IMG/VR virus record: IMGVR_UViG_3300005611_000043
Coordinates: 1 to 51,070 of that record
DNA: 51,070 bases
Origin: a virus
Taxonomy: Duplodnaviria; Caudoviricetes
Strand: one strand, 5' to 3'
Positions 10,785 to 21,279 of the stretch are shown here, one piece after another (the stretch's first letter is position 1; every line of letters begins with the position of its first letter). The notes beneath the pieces are model-generated. The model saw nothing but the letters and a program-made list of their open reading frames with translations, did not search any database and was not told where the DNA came from. The position numbers were made by a program, and so were the translations under genes.

Positions 10785-10792
10785 AAATCATT

Positions 10793-10993
10793 ATGTCAGA
10801 AATACAAAAAATACCAGCTATTGCAAAAGAAATTGTAAAAAATAAAAGAACAGGGAAAGTCTACGCTGATAAAGCAGAATTTGAAGCAGATGTTGCCAAT
10901 CCAACCACTGATACAACTGCTGACGATTTTAGACAAGATCTTGAAATTACAGTTGCTTCTTTACATACCAAGGGTGATACTATAAAGAAATAG
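10793..10993 (+). CDS. Hypothetical protein
   Basis: 66 aa with NKRTGKVY motif; promoter-like TGGACG-17-TATAAA immediately upstream. Confidence 0.7.
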   Translation: MSEIQKIPAIAKEIVKNKRTGKVYADKAEFEADVANPTTDTTADDFRQDLEITVASLHTKGDTIKK

Positions 10994-10996
10994 TTT

Positions 10997-11941
10997 ATGA
11001 AACCTATTGGTGGTACCGAATTGCAATATGCTTTATTGCAAAAACATGTTGATAGTAAATTATTAGAAAAATTTCAAATCACAACCTCTATCCCAGAAAA
11101 AGAACCATTATCAAAAGACAAAATAAATATTCTTTGGATTCAAAATTCTTATGATCAACCAAACCTAGCTCCTTGGTTTAAAGATAAATCTAATCACGAT
11201 AAATACGATTGGTATGTTTTTAATAGTCATTGGTGTGTGGAAAAATATAGAATGATGTTTGATCTACCTCAAGATAAATGTACTGTTATAAAAAATGCTA
11301 TTGAACATTTCCCTAAAATTACACAACATAGAAAACACGAAAAAATTAAAATGATTTATACGTCCACTCCTTGGAGAGGTTTAAGTGTTTTATTGGGTGC
11401 TATGCAATTAGTGAAAAACGAATTAGTTGAATTAGATGTATATTCTTCTACACAAATTTATGGACAAAATTTTCATGACGCACACAAAGATATTTATGAA
11501 CCATTGTTTGAACAAGCAAGACAATTACCTAATGTAAAATACATGGGATATGCAACAAACGATTATATCACTAATGAAATATCTAATTACAATTTATTTG
11601 TTTATCCAAATATCTGGGAGGAAACTTCTTGTATTTCGGCTATAGAAGCATTGGGTGCAGGAATACATTGTATCACTACTAACTATGGAGCTTTATATGA
11701 AACTTGTAGTGAATGGCCTACCTATGTTCAGTATACTAATAATTATAAAAACCTAGCTGAAGCTTTTGCTTTTGCTATTGATGGTATAGCAGACCAACTT
11801 CATCTTGATGGTATGCGAGAGTTATGTGTTTCTCAGCAAATGTTTTATAAAAAATTTTACAGTTGGGACAACAGAAAAAATGAATGGAATCAATTTCTAC
11901 AAGGAGCTTTACATGCAAAACCACGAACCGATTTGGTTTAA
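10997..11941 (+). CDS. Glycosyltransferase (GT-B / group 1-like)
   Basis: GGTE, VFNSHW, IYTSTPWRGL, YPNIWEETSCISAIEA, TTNYGALYET. Confidence 0.85.
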   Translation: MKPIGGTELQYALLQKHVDSKLLEKFQITTSIPEKEPLSKDKINILWIQNSYDQPNLAPWFKDKSNHDKYDWYVFNSHWCVEKYRMMFDLPQDKCTVIKNAIEHFPKITQHRKHEKIKMIYTSTPWRGLSVLLGAMQLVKNELVELDVYSSTQIYGQNFHDAHKDIYEPLFEQARQLPNVKYMGYATNDYITNEISNYNLFVYPNIWEETSCISAIEALGAGIHCITTNYGALYETCSEWPTYVQYTNNYKNLAEAFAFAIDGIADQLHLDGMRELCVSQQMFYKKFYSWDNRKNEWNQFLQGALHAKPRTDLV

Positions 11942-12770
11942 TAAAGAAAAAAAAGAAGAAGTAAAAAGTAATAATACGGAAAGCCAAGACTGGAAACCTT
12001 ACTCTATTATGGTTTGTACTCCTGTACACAGTGAGGTAAGTATTCATTATACGCAATCCCTATTAGAACTACAAAAAAATTGTTTACATAATAAAGTTAA
12101 AATTCAATTTCAATTAATGAAATCATCGTTAATTACACAAGGAAGAAACATGTGTGTGTCAGCTTTTTTAAATAGTAATATGACTCATATGTTATTTATT
12201 GATTCTGATATTGCTTTTAATGGTCAGGCAGCTTTTAGATTAATTGAAACAGGAAAAGAGCTTGTATCTATACCCTACCCACTAAAAGATATGAATTGGG
12301 ATAAGGGTATTAAAATGATTCAAGAAGGTAAAATCAAAACAGCAAAAGATTTAAGAAACAAAGCTTTTTACAGGTATCCTTTTAAAGTGGAAGATAATTT
12401 AAATATTAAAGTAGAAAATGGTTGTATTGAGGTCACTCATGCACCTACTGGATTTATGATGATTAAAAGGTCTGTGTTTGAAAAAATGATAGAACATTAT
12501 GGCAAGGATTATAAAATAGATCAAGACCAAGTAATGAACGGTAAGAACGAAAGATTAAAGAATATGTATAACTTTTTTGATACTATGTATATTCCAGAAA
12601 AACGACACTATTTAGGGGAAGATTTTGCTTTCTGTAAAAGATGGAAAGACATAGGTGGTAAATGTTATGCTTGGATTAACGATTATATCTCACACATAGG
12701 GGAACATCAGTATACAGGTCGTTTTGTAGATGAGTTGATAACTAACGGAAAAAGTGATAATCTTGAATAA
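11913..12770 (+). CDS. Glycosyltransferase (GT-A / family 2-like)
   Basis: SLITQGRN, LFIDSD (DxD), TGFMMIKR, GEDFAFC; start moved to the ATG behind SD AAGGAG. Confidence 0.85.
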   Translation: MQNHEPIWFNKEKKEEVKSNNTESQDWKPYSIMVCTPVHSEVSIHYTQSLLELQKNCLHNKVKIQFQLMKSSLITQGRNMCVSAFLNSNMTHMLFIDSDIAFNGQAAFRLIETGKELVSIPYPLKDMNWDKGIKMIQEGKIKTAKDLRNKAFYRYPFKVEDNLNIKVENGCIEVTHAPTGFMMIKRSVFEKMIEHYGKDYKIDQDQVMNGKNERLKNMYNFFDTMYIPEKRHYLGEDFAFCKRWKDIGGKCYAWINDYISHIGEHQYTGRFVDELITNGKSDNLE

Positions 12771-12798
12771 ACACGTGTAAATAGGAGCTTAAAAAAAT

Positions 12799-13827
12799 AT
12801 GCCGTTGCCAGCATTTGTATTACCATTCTTAATAAACTTTGGAGTTAACAAAGCTATGGGAATGTCTACAGGTAAAGCATTAGGTCTTGCAGGAATGCAA
12901 TCTATGTTACCTGGAGCAGGAACTGAAGGTGCGTTAGCTGGGGGAACAGGTGGTGGAATTGGTTCTTTAGTAGCAGGTGGTGGTCAACAAACTGCAAAAG
13001 CATTTGCACTAGAAGGTGGTAAAGCTTTGGCTGCTGGAATGGCAGAAAAAAAATACGGTGGTGCAGCACCTTTTTTAGCTTACGGTGGATTACAAGCATT
13101 ACAAGGAGCAGCAGGAGTAGGTCAATTAGGAGGACCTGAAGCAATACAAGCAACAGGATTAGAAGGAGCTAAAGGAGCAATCATGGGTCCACAAACTGGG
13201 ATCGTTCCTCCAGCTAAGCCAACTGATTTAGGTGGTGCAGCAGATGCAGGTAAAAAGGTAGCAGATGCAGGTGGATTAGGAACAGCAGGAACATTAGCTT
13301 TAGGAGCAGGACTTATTCCTTTACTAGGTGGCGATGAAGAAGGAAAACCAATAACAGAAAAATTAAATTTAAATTATCCAAGTGTTAAAGATATTGTTAC
13401 AAGGTTTGAAAGAGAACCAGGTAAACCATTAGAAATTGGTGAAACAGTAGAAGAAAGAATTGGAACAGGTTATCAACCAAGATTTCAATCTGGTGGTTTA
13501 GCACAATTCAATAATGGTGCTTTAGTAAGTAAACTACCAAGTAAAACAGTCAACGATGAAAATGATCATTCCGTTTATAGAAGAGCGTCTAACTTTGTAA
13601 TAGATGAATCTGGTAATGGAAATGGTGATGAAGATACAATGTTAGCACAGCTAGCAGATGGAGAATTTGTAACAACTGCAAATGCAGTTTTAGGCGCAGG
13701 TATCATGGCGGGAGCAAATCCTAGTGATGCTAAACAAATGAGAGATAAAGGAGCTAAATACTTTTATGAGCAACAAGCAAGATTCAAACGAATTTTTGAA
13801 ATGCTCAAAAAAGCGAAGGCTGCGTGA
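12799..13827 (+). CDS. Internal virion / ejection-type protein
   Basis: Gly/Ala-rich hydrophobic segments; GNGDEDTMLAQLADGEFV motif. Confidence 0.6.
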   Translation: MPLPAFVLPFLINFGVNKAMGMSTGKALGLAGMQSMLPGAGTEGALAGGTGGGIGSLVAGGGQQTAKAFALEGGKALAAGMAEKKYGGAAPFLAYGGLQALQGAAGVGQLGGPEAIQATGLEGAKGAIMGPQTGIVPPAKPTDLGGAADAGKKVADAGGLGTAGTLALGAGLIPLLGGDEEGKPITEKLNLNYPSVKDIVTRFEREPGKPLEIGETVEERIGTGYQPRFQSGGLAQFNNGALVSKLPSKTVNDENDHSVYRRASNFVIDESGNGNGDEDTMLAQLADGEFVTTANAVLGAGIMAGANPSDAKQMRDKGAKYFYEQQARFKRIFEMLKKAKAA

Positions 13828-14246
13828 GTAAGTACGAGTTTATTAAATTCATACCCGAAGAAATAGATCGGATATGGAGTTTGGTAGAAGACCTAATACA
13901 GTCAGCTTGTGATCGAGCTGGTGGTTTTGCAGATGCAGAACATATTAGGCAAATTCTCAAAAACGCTCGCATGCAATTGTGGGTGGTTTGGGATGTAGAG
14001 AATCAAAAAGTTCTCTGTGTCTGTGTTACGGAGCTAAGAGAATATCCGAAATACAGAATCTGTGATATAAAAATCACAGTTGGCAGAGGAATGAAAACTT
14101 GGTTTCATTTCATTGATCACATAATGGAATGGGCCAAAAAACAAGGTTGTAAGAAAATGGAGGTGTTTGCACGACCTGGTTGGAAAAAGATACTTGAGTC
14201 AAGAGGTTTTAAACAGACTCATGTACAAATTGAAAAAGAATTATGA
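13824..14246 (+). CDS. GNAT-like acetyltransferase-fold virion-region protein
   Basis: WAKKQGCKKME...RPGWKKIL...GF pattern; GTG start overlapping upstream stop. Confidence 0.6.
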   Translation: MSKYEFIKFIPEEIDRIWSLVEDLIQSACDRAGGFADAEHIRQILKNARMQLWVVWDVENQKVLCVCVTELREYPKYRICDIKITVGRGMKTWFHFIDHIMEWAKKQGCKKMEVFARPGWKKILESRGFKQTHVQIEKEL

Positions 14247-15379
14247 ATAAATCGAGTTTAATAAATGAAATAAAAACAAAACTAAACCTCAAAGATAAAG
14301 TTGAGCTGTTTAAGTTTTTATATGATGAAGTCGCTAAAGAAGGAAGAAAAGGCGATACTGAACTCGCACATATCAATAAATGGGAATCACGATTACTTAA
14401 ACTTTGTGGTGGTGCAGGATCTATTAACCCAAATACAGGATTAAAAGAATACTTAGGTGGTGGAGGTGGTGGATCTTCTGTTCCAGAAGTTCAAACATCT
14501 ATTATTAGAGAAGCTCCAGGAATTGAAGAAAGAAAACTTGGGCTTATGGATATTTCAAAAGCACTTGCTGAAAAAGCTGTTCCCATACCTGAAGTTAAAG
14601 TTGCTCCGTTTTCTGGTTTAGAACAAACTGGTTTAACTCAAGCAGGGGTAACAGGGGTAGGTGCACCTCAAATACAAGCAGGTATTACAGGTTTACAACA
14701 AGCAGGTCAAACTGCAGGTGGAATTGGTGCTATGGCTCTTCAAGGACCTCAGTCATCAACTTTCGCATCTTATTTAAACCCGATGCAATCCTATGTATTA
14801 GATGAAATCAATAGACAAGCACAAATAGGTCAACAACAATTGGCAGGTCAAGCTGTTCAAGCAGGGGCATTTGGTGGTGGGAGAGAAGGTATACAACGAG
14901 CTGAACAGGAAAGAGCAAGACTAGCAACGATTGGTCAAGCTCAACAACAAGCTTTTGACCGAGCATTAGCTGGATATCAAACTGGATTAGGAATTGGACA
15001 GACTGCGGTAGGACAACAAATGCAAGCAGCAACTGGACAAGCACAGTTAGGAACAGCACAACAACAAATGGCGCAAGCAGATATAAATCAATTAATGGCT
15101 GCAGGTGGATTACAAAGACAACTTGCACAACAAACATTAGACGCAGCAAGAGCTACAGAATTACAAAGAGCATATGAACCATTCCAAAGAGCTGAGTTCT
15201 TAAAATCTCAATATCAAGGTGGTCCAACTTCACAATCAGGAGTTACTCAATCAACTATGCCTACGACTAATCCATTAGCGCAAGCTGCTGGAGCAGGTCT
15301 TGGAGCTTACGCTGCTTATCAAACTGCACAAGCTTCAAGGCCAATAACTAATATCACTATTCCACAGTCGGGGGCTTAA
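14243..15379 (+). CDS. Internal virion (DNA ejection/pilot) protein
   Basis: GRKGDTELAHIN...GGAGSINPNTGLKEY motif, AGAFGGGR motif, Gln/Ala-rich. Confidence 0.65.
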   Translation: MNKSSLINEIKTKLNLKDKVELFKFLYDEVAKEGRKGDTELAHINKWESRLLKLCGGAGSINPNTGLKEYLGGGGGGSSVPEVQTSIIREAPGIEERKLGLMDISKALAEKAVPIPEVKVAPFSGLEQTGLTQAGVTGVGAPQIQAGITGLQQAGQTAGGIGAMALQGPQSSTFASYLNPMQSYVLDEINRQAQIGQQQLAGQAVQAGAFGGGREGIQRAEQERARLATIGQAQQQAFDRALAGYQTGLGIGQTAVGQQMQAATGQAQLGTAQQQMAQADINQLMAAGGLQRQLAQQTLDAARATELQRAYEPFQRAEFLKSQYQGGPTSQSGVTQSTMPTTNPLAQAAGAGLGAYAAYQTAQASRPITNITIPQSGA

Positions 15380-17565
15380 TGAAAGACCCAGTATTGAATA
15401 GACCTTTGTTTAGAAAAAAGGCACTCCATCAACAACAAATTCAAACAAAAAATATTCCAGGATTCGTGCTTGGAGGACTTATTCCTCTTGCGGCTAATAT
15501 TGGCCGTGCGGGTATGGCAGGTTTAAGAACATTTAGAGGTGCGCAAGCAGCAAGAGCAGCTGCAGGTCAACCAACACAATATGGTAGAATTTTTCAAGGC
15601 GCTAAAGAGATTGCAAAAAAACCAAGTGTTGCAAAAGGAATTACAGGATTAGAGGTTGCAACAGCAGGTGCTGGAACAGAAGAACTTAGAAGAGCAGTAA
15701 TGGATGAACAATCATTATTTGATTCTAATCAACCAGCGACTTATACAGGAGGTTTAACCGCTCTTTATGGAGGAGTAGGATTAGCTGGAAGAACAGCAAA
15801 ATTTGCTTTTCCAGGAGTAAAACGTATTGCGGGTGCAGGAGAAGCAATTACTAAAAAAACTCCTTTTGCTGCTCCAATTGTTATTGGAGGTGCTTTCGCA
15901 GCACCTGTAGAAGCAGAAGCGGTTAAAGCAGTAAGAGAGGAAAGACAATATAGAATTCCTGAAAAAAAATTAACTGAAATTGAAAGTTCATTAAATGAAT
16001 TGCAAAAAACAGGAAAGAGCACTGTTCAAGATTATATTAATCAAATTAATAAATTTGAATTAACAGACAAACAAAAAGAAGGTGTTTATAAAGTTTTAGG
16101 TATTGAAGACTTTACAAAACAACAACAACCACAAGGACCTCAAGGAACAGTATCACCACCTCCACCAGAAGAAGGGGAAGCAGAAGTTAATCAGCAATTA
16201 CCAAGCGAAAAAACTATTCAAAAACAAATGACTACTGTTCAAGAACCCGTCTTAGATACATCTAAAATGAATGATGATGAAAGAAGACAATTAGCTAATA
16301 CACGAGTTAAACAAATCAATAAAGCTAATAGTATTGTAAAAGATTTAGATAATGTAACAGACCCAGAGTTTCAAAAAGATTTTGCTAGAATTAAAAATTC
16401 TATAAACAGCGTAACTGGAGGAAATGCAGACAATACTAATTTATTGTTATTAAAATTAGCTTCTGGTCTACTAACAGGTAAAACAAGACAAAAAGGAGTA
16501 GCTGGTTTATTAGATATAACAGGTCAATCGTTAGGACCAGTTGTAGATACAGCTGTCGTTTTACAACAATCACAACAAGCGTTTGACCAAGATCTTGCAT
16601 TACAATTAATTAAAACAAGAGCAGATGAGGCTAAAAACAAACAGTATAAAGCTTTTAAAGATAGACAATTTATTGTTGAACAAACTGATGACCCTGTATT
16701 TGGAGAAATAGGACGATTTGTTCCTGTAAACGAGGATGGTCGGTTATTAGATACCGTACAAACTCCTCAAGGTGAAGTGCTAACGGAACTTACAGGAACC
16801 AATTATACTTTAGGAAAAGAAAGTCAAAAAGCATATGATACTTCAAGTGAACAAATGAAAAGTTTATCAAGAGCTATAGGATTTGCTCAAATTGTTCAAG
16901 AGTCTCCATTAGAATTAATTGGAGCAGGAGGTAGAGCAAGAGAAGTAGTTGACACATTTATAGGTGCAGGTAAGTCGTTAAGTACATCGTATAGAGATTT
17001 AGATGATTTTGCTTTACAAACATTTGATCAAACGATTGACGATATTATGAATGTTAATCCAAGTGGTACTGATTTAAGTCAAGAACAAATAAATGAATAT
17101 ACCGAAGAACAATCTGAAATAAGATCAGATTTTGTTAAAGAAAATAATAAAATTATGAAAGAACTAGACGATGCACGAACTTCAAAAAACCAAGAAAAAT
17201 TAGTTCGAGCTCAATTGAAGTTAATTGAACAACGTATGAAATACGCAATTGCAAACGCTAACAAAGGTACAGATCGATTAACTAAAGCCGATATTGATGA
17301 TGCCGCTCAAAACACAAAAATATTTGGATTCCTACAAGATCCTGATACAGTAAAATCAAACTATTCTAGAATTGAGCAGGATCTTAACGCTCAGTTTATG
17401 AGAAACGCAAAAACTTATGTTAGAAACGGTGGAACCATAGATGGTGTAAAAGCAAATTATGCTTATATAAAACCTATTAATGATTACATCCGAAGAATAG
17501 AAACTAAAAAACAAACAAAAGAAGTTAAGAAAAAAGACTATACTGATGTCTTAGGAGGAATTTAA
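15379..17565 (+). CDS. Large internal virion protein
   Basis: 728 aa starting VLNRPLFR; position in the ejectosome cluster. Confidence 0.55.
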   Translation: MKDPVLNRPLFRKKALHQQQIQTKNIPGFVLGGLIPLAANIGRAGMAGLRTFRGAQAARAAAGQPTQYGRIFQGAKEIAKKPSVAKGITGLEVATAGAGTEELRRAVMDEQSLFDSNQPATYTGGLTALYGGVGLAGRTAKFAFPGVKRIAGAGEAITKKTPFAAPIVIGGAFAAPVEAEAVKAVREERQYRIPEKKLTEIESSLNELQKTGKSTVQDYINQINKFELTDKQKEGVYKVLGIEDFTKQQQPQGPQGTVSPPPPEEGEAEVNQQLPSEKTIQKQMTTVQEPVLDTSKMNDDERRQLANTRVKQINKANSIVKDLDNVTDPEFQKDFARIKNSINSVTGGNADNTNLLLLKLASGLLTGKTRQKGVAGLLDITGQSLGPVVDTAVVLQQSQQAFDQDLALQLIKTRADEAKNKQYKAFKDRQFIVEQTDDPVFGEIGRFVPVNEDGRLLDTVQTPQGEVLTELTGTNYTLGKESQKAYDTSSEQMKSLSRAIGFAQIVQESPLELIGAGGRAREVVDTFIGAGKSLSTSYRDLDDFALQTFDQTIDDIMNVNPSGTDLSQEQINEYTEEQSEIRSDFVKENNKIMKELDDARTSKNQEKLVRAQLKLIEQRMKYAIANANKGTDRLTKADIDDAAQNTKIFGFLQDPDTVKSNYSRIEQDLNAQFMRNAKTYVRNGGTIDGVKANYAYIKPINDYIRRIETKKQTKEVKKKDYTDVLGGI

Positions 17566-20500
17566 TGCCTATTGCAAAAGATAAACTTGCAAATCTCCAA
17601 GAAAGAATTGACAACAAATTAGTTGATCCTAATAAATTAAGTAGTGATCAAAGAATTGCTTTAGATCAAGCTTTTAAAGATGGTTTGTTAAAAGGTTATT
17701 CAGGCGTAGGTGAAATGCAAGCCGAAAGAAGATTAGCCAGAAAAGAAATTGCAAAAGACGTAAGAGAAAAATTAGCACCCTTAACATCTGGACAGGAGTT
17801 CTTTTTTGGTGCAGGCAGAGGAACGTTGGTTGCAACAGGAGATATTCTTGGTTCATTTACACCTTATATAGTAGATGGAAAGAAACTTGCAAAAGAAGCT
17901 AGAGACTTGGCTTTACAAGGTAAGGGTGTTTCTTATATGCCTCAAATACAAAAAACAGCAGCCAAAAATACTTTTACAGCTTTTTCCAATTTATTAACAA
18001 AACTTCCTGGGTTCAGAGGATTAAAAGCATTTCAAAATACCGCAAAAGTTGTAGATGGTTTTGCAAATACAATAGGTGCAGGCACTCTAGCAAGTAAAGT
18101 TGTAACTTCACAAGCACTGAGAACTGAACTTAAATCTCAAGCTTTAGGAGCATCAGGAGCCGTAGCAGGGTCCGTAGCTTATGATTCTGTTAACTTTCCA
18201 GCAAGATTTTTTGCAGGTGTTACTGAAGACATGAAAAAATTAGATGAAAATAAATTAAATCAAATGGCTCCAGTAGAAAAAATGACACATCACGCAATAG
18301 AAAGTTTTATAACAACTTTAGCTTTTAACGCAGGTGCGTTTGGGCTTTTTGGTGCTGCTAGTGTTTTACCATGGGCAACAAAAAAACTTTTTAAATTAAA
18401 TCCTAAAAATTTAGAAGAAATGAACAAACAAATTATAGAAAAAGGTTTACCTATAAATATTATTCAATACTCAGAAGGTACTACAGGAGCATCAAATATT
18501 TTAAGAGGTTTTAATCAAATTATACCTGTTGTTCCTATAGCTGGAGGAGAACCAATTCGAGCGCAACAAAAAGCAACGGCTGCAGTGCTTGCTGGACTAG
18601 CAGGTAACTTAAAAGAGGGTTTAAATGTTCCTTTTCTGCATGCTGAAGTTTTAGCTAAACAAGTAAATGGGACTATAAGAGACACTTACGAAAAGTCAGG
18701 AAGAATATATGGATCGTTGTATAAACAATCTGAAGATATTTATGATTCAACATCTAACGTATTACAAACATACAAAGATGAAATTGTAAATAAATATAGA
18801 GGTGTACCATCCGCTGGAAGAACTTTTACAGATAAAGACGAAGAAATTATATCTGCAATTTTTCCAGAAGGAACTGCTATTCCTTTTGTTTATATGAAAA
18901 ATACAAAGGATACTACAGATCGATTAGCCGAAGGTTTAAAAAAAGGACTTACTGAAGAAACAATCTTCAGAATGAGATCGCAAGGTATTCGAACTGAAGC
19001 AGCTGATCCACTAAATCAATTTATTTTTGAAACCCAAGCTCGTTTAAATGAATTTTCAAGAATGAACGGAGGTAACTATTTAACTCCAGCTCAATTTAAT
19101 CAGTTGAGAAGAGATTGGAATAGTAATTGGAAAAATACATTTCAACAATCGGCTCAAGATGTTAAGAGTAAAGTTGCTCAAATTCAAGAAGCAATGGAAA
19201 AGGATTTTAACGGAATTGTAAAAAATCCAAACGCTAATACACTTCCTGATTTTAATCCAAGACTTGCAAAATTTTATGCTACCGTCGAAAAAGAATTAGG
19301 TAAAGGTAAAGCCGATCAATTCTTAAAAGAATTTCAAACTAAAGTTGCAGAAGCTAATCAGCATTTAAGAGATGCAAACTATACTTTTTTCCAATCTGTT
19401 AATTTTTATAATAATGAAAAACTTTCAGGACTTATGAGAAAAGTAGATTCTAATGAACTAACAGTTAGAAAATTATTAAATGTTCAAGGTCAAAAAAATT
19501 TTAATGATGTTCAAGGAATGAACGCATTATTTAAAGCTGCTTTTGATCCTACTTATGGAAGTTCTCAAGGTGTTAAAGAATTGTACGAGTTATTAGGCGG
19601 TGCAAAAAGATTTGATAAACAAACTCAAGATAGAGCTAGATATACTTTAGGATTATTAATGTATAATAAATTTTTTGATGCTTTTAATAAAAATGCTGTC
19701 GTTAGAACTGTTAAAGGAGTTCCAGGAGGAGTTGAGATGGCAGAACCTTTTGTAAGACAAGGTTTGGATATGAATGATATATTTAGAATGTTAGATGAAA
19801 AAAGTCCTGAATTTAAATATACAATTAATGAAATGATTAAGAAAGAAACACAATTAGGTAAAGTTTCTGATCAATTGGTGGACCGTCTTAAATATTATGA
19901 AAAAGCATTAACACCTAACGTTATAGAAAATGCAATTAAAGACAAATTACCTATTACTCAAGACATCTTTATTAAAAAAGAAATTGATACTTTAGGAGCT
20001 AGAGCTAAGCCCTTCCCAAAAAATGTTGTTGAAACACAAGAAAAGGCAACACAAGCTATGGTGGGTGGACGTATTGTACCCAAAGCAGAAAGAAGAGAAG
20101 CACAGGAACAAATTGAAGAACTACATTTAAGACTTTCAGGATACCAAGGTTTTAAATTTGAAGCTTTTCAAAAAGCATTAGGACTTACAAGTAAAGAGGG
20201 TAGAGATCAACTTGTTGAGGGTTTTAAAATTGCTAAAGGATTAAATGATAAAGCAGCTACTAAACACGTTGATAACATAGAAACAATAATAGAGTTTTTA
20301 AAAAAAGATTTTTTTACTCCTAAAGGTGATTCTTCAACCTATGTCACAAGAAGAGCAATTTTCGCTTTAGGTGCGGGTGGTGGTATGGTTGCTGCTGCAG
20401 GATTTACTGGCGGTATAGGTTCAACTATTCTTACTGGTATTATGTTAAAAGCTGGAGCACGAATGCTTAATTCACCTTACTTTGCTGCGAAATGGTTAGA

Positions 20501-21068
20501 TATGTATACCACAGGACAACGTTTAGATATTAATATGAGTAAATCTATGCTTCAGTCAAGACAACAAACTTTTGCTGACATCGTAAATTATGCTTTTGCA
20601 GACGATCCTGATGCGCCTAAAGTTAATCCAGCTAAAATAGATGAAGCAGAAATTATTAGATATTTACAAGGTCAAACTGTACAGCCTTATGTGACTCAAG
20701 AAGGTTTATACCAAGCGGTGCCGCAAAGAGTAAAAGAAATGTTTAATCCTGATTTAAAAAGATTAAGAGAACTAAATTTAGGACAGTTAGAGGGAATTAA
20801 TGCATTTAACCAAGGAAAGGCTGTAGCTGATACTCGAATGGATATTTTAGAAGGACTTGCTGCACAACAGACACCACCACAACTACAACCACAGTTACAA
20901 CAGTTTTTAGAACAACAGCCACAGGTTGAAGTTCCAGAAGGGACCAAACAAGGCGCAGCCCAGGTAACTGCAAATATACCTCAATCCACACAAATGGTTT
21001 ATGATGCACTGTTTCCAAACGATAACTTAATGTCTGCAATAGCAGGTCAGAAAAATGCCACGTCATAG
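17565..21068 (+). CDS. Largest internal virion protein
   Basis: 1167 aa, last in the cluster; C-terminal ALFPND motif. Confidence 0.55.
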   Translation: MPIAKDKLANLQERIDNKLVDPNKLSSDQRIALDQAFKDGLLKGYSGVGEMQAERRLARKEIAKDVREKLAPLTSGQEFFFGAGRGTLVATGDILGSFTPYIVDGKKLAKEARDLALQGKGVSYMPQIQKTAAKNTFTAFSNLLTKLPGFRGLKAFQNTAKVVDGFANTIGAGTLASKVVTSQALRTELKSQALGASGAVAGSVAYDSVNFPARFFAGVTEDMKKLDENKLNQMAPVEKMTHHAIESFITTLAFNAGAFGLFGAASVLPWATKKLFKLNPKNLEEMNKQIIEKGLPINIIQYSEGTTGASNILRGFNQIIPVVPIAGGEPIRAQQKATAAVLAGLAGNLKEGLNVPFLHAEVLAKQVNGTIRDTYEKSGRIYGSLYKQSEDIYDSTSNVLQTYKDEIVNKYRGVPSAGRTFTDKDEEIISAIFPEGTAIPFVYMKNTKDTTDRLAEGLKKGLTEETIFRMRSQGIRTEAADPLNQFIFETQARLNEFSRMNGGNYLTPAQFNQLRRDWNSNWKNTFQQSAQDVKSKVAQIQEAMEKDFNGIVKNPNANTLPDFNPRLAKFYATVEKELGKGKADQFLKEFQTKVAEANQHLRDANYTFFQSVNFYNNEKLSGLMRKVDSNELTVRKLLNVQGQKNFNDVQGMNALFKAAFDPTYGSSQGVKELYELLGGAKRFDKQTQDRARYTLGLLMYNKFFDAFNKNAVVRTVKGVPGGVEMAEPFVRQGLDMNDIFRMLDEKSPEFKYTINEMIKKETQLGKVSDQLVDRLKYYEKALTPNVIENAIKDKLPITQDIFIKKEIDTLGARAKPFPKNVVETQEKATQAMVGGRIVPKAERREAQEQIEELHLRLSGYQGFKFEAFQKALGLTSKEGRDQLVEGFKIAKGLNDKAATKHVDNIETIIEFLKKDFFTPKGDSSTYVTRRAIFALGAGGGMVAAAGFTGGIGSTILTGIMLKAGARMLNSPYFAAKWLDMYTTGQRLDINMSKSMLQSRQQTFADIVNYAFADDPDAPKVNPAKIDEAEIIRYLQGQTVQPYVTQEGLYQAVPQRVKEMFNPDLKRLRELNLGQLEGINAFNQGKAVADTRMDILEGLAAQQTPPQLQPQLQQFLEQQPQVEVPEGTKQGAAQVTANIPQSTQMVYDALFPNDNLMSAIAGQKNATS

Positions 21069-21270
21069 AAATAGTACAGAAATAGCTCATCAAAGAATTG
21101 ATGACCATGAGAAACTATGTCGAATTATGCAGAAACAAACCCAAAAACAAATAGACAAATTAGCTGAAGAAATAAGTGGTTTAAAGAAGTGGATGATTGG
21201 TTCTGCTGGTACTATTATTGTTCTTTTATTGGGTATAATTTCTACTTTACTTAAAATTATTTTAAGTTAA
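21055..21270 (+). CDS. Small membrane protein (coiled coil plus C-terminal TM; holin/hemolysin-like)
   Basis: HEKLCRI coiled coil followed by hydrophobic WMIGSAGTIIVLLLGII. Confidence 0.6.
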   Translation: MPRHRNSTEIAHQRIDDHEKLCRIMQKQTQKQIDKLAEEISGLKKWMIGSAGTIIVLLLGIISTLLKIILS

Positions 21271-21279
21271 AAAGTATGA

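Noticed and set aside
10618-10845. 75-aa ORF in the track
   Set aside because: Overlaps three better-supported genes; the 10653-10784 frame fits the gap with normal coupling
6006-20947. Short antisense ORFs within structural genes (6006, 10205, 11775, 12902, 14808, 15765, 17674, 20696, 20806)
   Set aside because: Fully overlap long, well-supported + strand genes, lack SDs and have composition typical of antisense shadows
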